A DNA stretch of 32,000 nucleotides from an uncultured Opitutales bacterium. GTDB lineage: Bacteria > Verrucomicrobiota > Verrucomicrobiia > Opitutales > Intestinicryptomonadaceae. Within the stretch, counting starts at the first letter, position 1. Each line of letters opens with the position of its first letter. Positions 27,599 through 32,000 of the stretch are shown here, piece after piece. The notes beneath the pieces were generated by a model. It was not told the DNA's origin. It did not search any database and was given only the letters and a program-made list of their open reading frames with translations. The DNA is taken from NCBI GenBank assembly GCA_934613415.1, contig CAKTSY010000001.1, forward strand, positions 180,001 through 212,000, written 5' to 3'. The position numbers and the translations under genes were made by a program.

Positions 27599-29026
27599 AT
27601 GTCCACAAGGCGCAAATTTATAAAAAACATTGCACTGGCTACAACGTCGCTGCTGGCAGCCCCCTACATATCAATTGCAAACAAAAAAACCGCGGGCGGC
27701 TACGAGAATGTTGACCGCTTAAAGCTTGGCATTGTAGGCTCGGGGCTTATGGGTTCCGAAAATATGCGCCGCTTTATTTCAAAGGGGCAAACATTTGCTG
27801 CCGTTTGCGATGTAGACAAAGCCTACGGCATACCCAAAGGCAAAAGCCTTGCCGAAAAAAACGCCCCTGTTTTTACCGACTACCGCGAAATGTTTTCGCA
27901 AATGGAAGGCAAGCTAGACGGCATTATAATTGCCACCCCCGACCATTCCCACTTTGCGGCTGCAATGTGCGCAATTAAGCACGGCTTTAACGTTTATCTT
28001 GAAAAACCTATGTGCCACACTTTAGGGCAAATAAGGACATTAAGAGACTTTGCAAGAACCAAAAATGTTGTAACGCAAATGGGCAACCAAGTGCATTCTG
28101 GCAATGGCATAAGAATTGCAAAAGAATGGATTGCAGCTGGAGTAATAGGCAATGTGCGCGAAGTTGTTATGTGGACATGCCGCCCCTTTAAAGGCTGCAA
28201 CCGCCCATCTATGGGCTATAAGCAGTGGCCCAGCGAAAAGGTTCCCGAAACTTTGGATTGGGACAAATGGCTTAATGTTGCAGAATACGGCCCCTATTCA
28301 AGCGAAGTTGTGCCCCTTAATTGGCGCAGAGTTTACAAATACGGCAGCGGCTCGCTAGGCGACATTGGCGCGCACATAATAGATGTGCCATACACGGCTC
28401 TTGGGCTTGATATGCCAAGTTTAATAACCTCGCGCCAGCGCGGCGGCACCGAAATTTCGGTTCCCCTTCAAGACGAAGTTATATACAATTTCGACACAAG
28501 CAACCAAGGGCAAAAGGTAAAGCTAAAGTGGTATAGCGGCTTTGTTAAGCCCGACAAAAACGGAACGTGGGATTCGTATAAGAACTACGATTTGTCGTTT
28601 TTGCCCAAGCTACCTAAAGAATATACCGATACGGGCCGCAGCTACAAAGACTTATCTACTGAAGACGGAATGTTTATTATAGGCGACGAAGGCGTGCTTT
28701 ACTCGCCTACAATGCACCTTTTCGGCAAGCCCGTTGTGCTCCCTAAAAAGCGGACAAAGTTTGCAATGTCGGTTCCCGAAAGCGAACCTAGAATACGCTA
28801 TAACGACCACCATATAAACTTTATAGACGCAATTGCAGGCAAGGTAAAAAAAGCGGCTTCCGATTTCGACACGGCGGCAAAACTTACCGAAATTGTACAG
28901 CTAGGCAACCTTACTTTACGCGCGAACGAAAACATTGTTTGGGACAGCAAAAATATGGTATGCAAAGGCGGTTCCGCAAAGATAAATTCGTTTATAAACC
29001 CGCCAATGCGCAAAGGCTGGTACTAA
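27599..29026 (+). CDS. Tat-exported Gfo/Idh/MocA-family NAD(P)-dependent oxidoreductase (GH109-like architecture)
   Basis: Has the twin-arginine signal MSTRRKFIKNIALATTSLLAAP, the Rossmann motif LKLGIVGSGLMG, and DHSH...VYLEKPM, which is typical of the Gfo/Idh/MocA family. A GAGGAA Shine-Dalgarno lies upstream. Confidence 0.85.
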   Translation: MSTRRKFIKNIALATTSLLAAPYISIANKKTAGGYENVDRLKLGIVGSGLMGSENMRRFISKGQTFAAVCDVDKAYGIPKGKSLAEKNAPVFTDYREMFSQMEGKLDGIIIATPDHSHFAAAMCAIKHGFNVYLEKPMCHTLGQIRTLRDFARTKNVVTQMGNQVHSGNGIRIAKEWIAAGVIGNVREVVMWTCRPFKGCNRPSMGYKQWPSEKVPETLDWDKWLNVAEYGPYSSEVVPLNWRRVYKYGSGSLGDIGAHIIDVPYTALGLDMPSLITSRQRGGTEISVPLQDEVIYNFDTSNQGQKVKLKWYSGFVKPDKNGTWDSYKNYDLSFLPKLPKEYTDTGRSYKDLSTEDGMFIIGDEGVLYSPTMHLFGKPVVLPKKRTKFAMSVPESEPRIRYNDHHINFIDAIAGKVKKAASDFDTAAKLTEIVQLGNLTLRANENIVWDSKNMVCKGGSAKINSFINPPMRKGWY

Positions 29027-29045
29027 TAAAAACACTGAAAAAACG

Positions 29046-29079
29046 CAAAAAACCGAACCATTAAAAAGGTTCGGTTTTT
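29046..29079. terminator. Bidirectional rho-independent terminator between convergent genes
   Basis: The hairpin aaaaaccgaacc / ggttcggtttttt (29046..29057 and 29067..29079) carries an A-run and a T-run on its two arms. Confidence 0.75.
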
Positions 29080-29105
29080 TATTTAACGTGCAAAAATTTT
29101 GCAGC

Positions 29106-30020
29106 TTACAGCGTTGTACCAAGCCTTCTTTCGAAGTCGGCTTTCGAAATGCCCGTAATTTCTTCGAACACTTCAAAATCGAAATTCGGCAATGCCAAAG
29201 CGTCTTGAATGTCTTTTAGGGTTGTTTTTTCGAAAGCCGCTTTGCAGTCTTTTTCGTTCAAAAAAAGCGGCATTTTTACTTGGCTTATTTTAACGTTTGC
29301 GGGCTTGTTGAACATCATTATGGGGGCTTCTTTTGTGTTGAAAAAGCCGCAGTGATAGTTGCCAACATTCCATTTGCCCACGTTTGAATTGCCCACATTA
29401 AAGCTGCCTGTGTTGCAATGTCCCGTGTTGCATTTGCCCGTGTTATAGCTGCCTTTGTTGAAATTGCCGCTGTTTGAATGCCCTATGTTAGAACACCCGC
29501 TGTTTGCGCTGCCAATATTGTTGTCGCCAACGTTGTCTATGCCTGTGTTGTTGTCGCCCGTGTTAAAGTCGCCGCTATTTAGATTGCCCGTGTTGCGGCT
29601 GCCCGTATTAAAATTGCCGCTGTTATACGAGCCAGTGTTGCGCAAACCCGTGTTGCCGGGGCCGGTATTAAAGCGCGGCTTTTCAAATTCGCCGAATGTC
29701 GACAAGTCCAAGAAACCCACAAGGCTTTCGGTTACGTCTTTAAGCAGCCTAATTTGCGCGCAACACGCCTGCTTTTCTACACCGTTTTCGTCGCCCAACA
29801 AAAGACCTTTACATTCAACTTCGTATATCCTGCAGCCTTCTTCGTACCACATATTCCAGTAGCGCGAAACGTAGTAGCCGGCCTTTCTTATTTGAGCCTT
29901 TTCTATTTCGGGTAACCATTTGCCCGCCTTGCCGTTTTGCGGCAAATAGGGAGAATAGTCGAACTGCGTTGTGGGCGAAAACGCGTCTTTTGCCAAAACC
30001 TTGTAGTATACAACATTCAT
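29106..30020 (-). CDS. Uncharacterised protein with 22 tandem N-x-G-x-x pentapeptide repeats between an N-terminal about 115-aa module and a C-terminal about 75-aa module
   Basis: The repeat region reads NTGPG NTGLR NTGSY NSGNF NTGSR NTGNL NSGDF NTGDN NTGID NVGDN NIGSA NSGCS NIGHS NSGNF NKGSY NTGKC NTGHC NTGSF NVGNS NVGKW NVGNY HCGFF. There is no signal peptide or TM segment. The start at ATG 30020 (MNVVYYKVL...) is preferred over 30065 because it leaves a 79-bp divergent promoter region. Confidence 0.75.
   Translation of the reverse strand: MNVVYYKVLAKDAFSPTTQFDYSPYLPQNGKAGKWLPEIEKAQIRKAGYYVSRYWNMWYEEGCRIYEVECKGLLLGDENGVEKQACCAQIRLLKDVTESLVGFLDLSTFGEFEKPRFNTGPGNTGLRNTGSYNSGNFNTGSRNTGNLNSGDFNTGDNNTGIDNVGDNNIGSANSGCSNIGHSNSGNFNKGSYNTGKCNTGHCNTGSFNVGNSNVGKWNVGNYHCGFFNTKEAPIMMFNKPANVKISQVKMPLFLNEKDCKAAFEKTTLKDIQDALALPNFDFEVFEEITGISKADFERRLGTTL
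29340..29669 (-). repeat. 15-nt periodic coding repeat (22 units) encoding the N-x-G-x-x array
   Basis: On the plus strand the period appears as recurring ...gcccgtgtt / gccgctgtt / gccaacatt units every 15 nt. The units are degenerate at the nucleotide level, so this is not a recent duplication. Confidence 0.9.
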
Positions 30021-30099
30021 ATAATTGCCCCAACTTTGGCATTGGCCGCAAAAATTTACAAACATTTTTAACTTTGTATTTTCTTGATAGAAATAGCAA

Positions 30100-30735
30100 A
30101 TGTCCTACTATAATCGGCAAATGTTTTTTAAATATGCAAAGGTAATACTCGTAATATTGGCGGCTGTGGCTGTTCAATATTTTTGGGGCTTTGCGCAAAT
30201 TGTAGAGGCTTTCGAAGAATTTGCAAAAAACAATTCCGCCACATACGTTTTTTTGCCCGTTATGGGCATAGGGTGCGCCGTGGGCGTACCGCTTTCGTTT
30301 TGCTATGTGTTTGCCGCAAGCGCATATACGTTGCCAAAAGCTTTTTTGCTTTGCATTATAGGGCTTTTTACAAGCTCGCTTATAGGTTTTTTTATAGGCA
30401 ACGTGTTTTCGGAACTGCCCTATGTAAAAAAACTTAAAAACGAATTTTTGCCAAAGCATGCCGAAGACGCCATATATTTTAAACTTAATTTCTTTATAAG
30501 GGCAATTCCCGGGGTTCCCTATTTTGCGCAAAACCTAATATTGGCTTCGCTTTCAAAAAAAGTGCAACTTTTTACATATTTGCTTATAAATATTTGCGTG
30601 CAAGGGCTTATTGCGCTTGCAATGATTTTGATTTTCAACGCGGCTTTTAGGGAAAAGTTTTTAATTGCCATAACCCTTGTTATTGCGCTAATTGCAACCT
30701 ATGTAGTTTTGAAAAAAAGATGCCCAAGAATGTAA
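30100..30735 (+). CDS. Polytopic membrane protein, tentatively TVP38/TMEM64 (DedA-like, SNARE-associated) family
   Basis: A 211-aa protein with 5-6 hydrophobic helices. The segment PVMGIGCAVGVPLSF...AASAYTLPKAFLLCIIGLFTSSLIGFFIGN resembles the DedA/TVP38 core, but the family assignment is tentative. Confidence 0.45.
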   Translation: MSYYNRQMFFKYAKVILVILAAVAVQYFWGFAQIVEAFEEFAKNNSATYVFLPVMGIGCAVGVPLSFCYVFAASAYTLPKAFLLCIIGLFTSSLIGFFIGNVFSELPYVKKLKNEFLPKHAEDAIYFKLNFFIRAIPGVPYFAQNLILASLSKKVQLFTYLLINICVQGLIALAMILIFNAAFREKFLIAITLVIALIATYVVLKKRCPRM

Positions 30736-31502
30736 AAGAATTTTTTTGCTCGCTTTGGTTTTGCATGGGCTTTGTAGTTTTCGGCATTTTGGCAATACCC
30801 GCCGTTTTGGCCTCGGTTTTGGCGTATATTATTTTGTTTTTCGACAAAGGTTTGCGCTGCAGGGCAATTTCAGCAATAATACAAGCTGCAATGAGGCTGT
30901 ATGTATTTTTTGCGCTGCCTAAAATGGGCGGGTATACCGTAAAAATTTGCGGCAAAGAAAACCTTAACAAAGCCGATATTTATGTGGCAAACCACACCTC
31001 CTTTATAGACCCCTTTATAATGCTGGCTCTAATAGGCGATGCGGGAATTTTGGTAAAGACAAAATACAAAAGAAACCCCTTCATTTTGATTTTCTTTTAC
31101 ATATTCAATTTCGTGTCGATTTCTAAAGACGACATTTTGTCGGTTCAAAACTCCTATAGAAAATGCGCCGAAGTTTTAAACGAAAACCACCGCCTTATAA
31201 TATTCCCCGAAGGCCAACGCAGCCGCAGCTGCCAGCTTGCAGACTTTAAAAAATCGGCATTTAAGCTTGCAAAAGAGCTAAATAAAACCGTAGCAACCTG
31301 CACAATTCGCTTTAGTGACAAATTTATGGCAAAGGGGCAAAAAAGTTTCCGCCCAAAGTTTATGCAAACGCTTACAATTTGCATAGGCAAACCCATAAGC
31401 CCCCAAAACTGCCGCAACGCCGACGCAATTTCGGCAAAAGCCTACAACGAAATTTACCGCAACATAAAAAGCATAGACGCAAATTTAAAAAACACAAAAT
31501 AA
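30720..31502 (+). CDS. Lysophospholipid acyltransferase (PlsC/LPLAT family), membrane-anchored paralog
   Basis: Carries the HX4D motif NHTSFIDPF and FPEGQRS, with N-terminal TM helices. It overlaps the upstream gene by 16 nt. An alternative ATG at 30765 would remove the overlap. Confidence 0.8.
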   Translation: MPKNVKEFFCSLWFCMGFVVFGILAIPAVLASVLAYIILFFDKGLRCRAISAIIQAAMRLYVFFALPKMGGYTVKICGKENLNKADIYVANHTSFIDPFIMLALIGDAGILVKTKYKRNPFILIFFYIFNFVSISKDDILSVQNSYRKCAEVLNENHRLIIFPEGQRSRSCQLADFKKSAFKLAKELNKTVATCTIRFSDKFMAKGQKSFRPKFMQTLTICIGKPISPQNCRNADAISAKAYNEIYRNIKSIDANLKNTK

Positions 31503-31507
31503 CCACA

Positions 31508-31933
31508 ATGGACAAAGAAGAAATTAAAAAGCTGCTTTTGCACAGAGAACCCTTTTTGATGGTCGACAAAGTTATTTCGCACACCGACACGCAAATAGAA
31601 TGCGAATTGTTTTTAGACGAAAATTTGCCGTTTTTTAAGGGACATTTTCCGGGGCAGCCCATTATGCCTGGAGTGCTTACCTGCGAAGCCCTTGCCCAAA
31701 CGGGCGGAATTTTGCTTGCGCTAAAAAATGCCTCTCAAAACAAAATGTTTTACTTGGCATCGGCAAATATGAAATATTTAAAGGTTGCCCGCCCGCCCGA
31801 AACGTTAAAACTTTGCGTAAAAATTGTGCGCAGCTTTAACGGGCTTTATCAGTTTTCGGCTACAGCCTATGTTGACACCGACAAAATTGCAGAGGGTACC
31901 ATTGTTTTGGCGGCAGCAAAAAACGCGCAATGA
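31508..31933 (+). CDS. fabZ: 3-hydroxyacyl-[acyl-carrier-protein] dehydratase, FabZ-like
   Basis: Starts MDKEEIKKLLLHREPFLMVDKV and contains LPFFKGHFPGQPIMPGVLTCEALAQTGG, the hot-dog fold with the catalytic His. Length is 141 aa. The track ORF starting at 31379 lies inside the upstream gene. Confidence 0.85.
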   Translation: MDKEEIKKLLLHREPFLMVDKVISHTDTQIECELFLDENLPFFKGHFPGQPIMPGVLTCEALAQTGGILLALKNASQNKMFYLASANMKYLKVARPPETLKLCVKIVRSFNGLYQFSATAYVDTDKIAEGTIVLAAAKNAQ

Positions 31934-32000
31934 AGTTTTTAATATTAAGAGGCAACCCGCGCAAAACCGGCCTTAGCGAAAAGCTTGGCAACCTGTTTAA
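31930..32000 (+). CDS. Flavodoxin-like fold NAD(P)H-dependent FMN reductase-type protein, N-terminal 23 aa only (runs off the right edge)
   Basis: Translated by hand as MKFLILRGNPRKTGLSEKLGNLF, which matches the common (I/L)xGSPRKxGxT start of flavodoxin-like oxidoreductases. Its ATG overlaps the fabZ TGA (ATGA). The fragment is very short. Confidence 0.4.
   Translation, partial: MKFLILRGNPRKTGLSEKLGNLF

Noticed and set aside
29455-29862. A 135-aa plus-strand ORF with its own L-P-V-L-type periodic repeat
   Set aside because: The periodicity is simply the reverse-frame reading of the 15-nt N-x-G-x-x repeat. The minus-strand frame has proper start, stop and terminator context.
29815-30531. 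A 238-aa minus-strand ORF bridging the repeat-protein gene and the TVP38-like gene
   Set aside because: It crosses a divergent promoter region and overlaps two better-supported genes. Its composition is very basic, Lys/Arg/Phe-rich and typical of an antisense frame.

Overview
This 32-kb window is almost entirely coding, with about 30 genes and short intergenic spacers. It comes from a moderate-GC bacterium that I cannot identify by eye. The combination of FabV/TER, a membrane pyrophosphatase and a Tat-signal Gfo/Idh/MocA enzyme suggests an anaerobic PVC-, Fibrobacter- or spirochaete-like lineage, but that is only a guess.

Most of the content is core housekeeping:
- Left third: serA (partial, left edge), hemW, a lipoprotein, a LOG-family protein, hppA and metF.
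- Middle, plus strand: ispA-type prenyl synthase, fabV, a solute-binding protein, ilvE and dnaX.
- Middle, minus strand: a tightly packed purH - LysM lipoprotein - rmuC - xerD operon, followed by a divergent MCP-like sensor.
- Right of centre: a queC - tyrA - aroA::cmk (fused) - plsC operon.
- A small carbohydrate locus: LacI regulator and GH78-like hydrolase, transcribed divergently from a Tat-exported Gfo/Idh/MocA oxidoreductase.
- Right edge: a translationally coupled lipid cluster of TVP38-like protein, LPLAT acyltransferase, FabZ-like dehydratase and a flavodoxin-like protein (partial).

I found no rRNA, tRNA, CRISPR array, IS element or prophage, and no convincing multi-gene defence-type system.

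The two most unusual items are:
1. An A10 homopolymer at the end of the dnaX clamp-loader core. It separates a gamma-length ORF from a +1-frame tau-like extension, which points to candidate slippage/recoding or to a homopolymer sequencing error.
2. A monocistronic, terminator-bounded gene encoding 22 uninterrupted N-x-G-x-x pentapeptide repeats between uncharacterised N- and C-terminal modules.

Lower-interest observations are the aroA-cmk fusion, the degenerate MCP, a 258-aa protein of unknown function next to hppA, and a candidate LacI operator.
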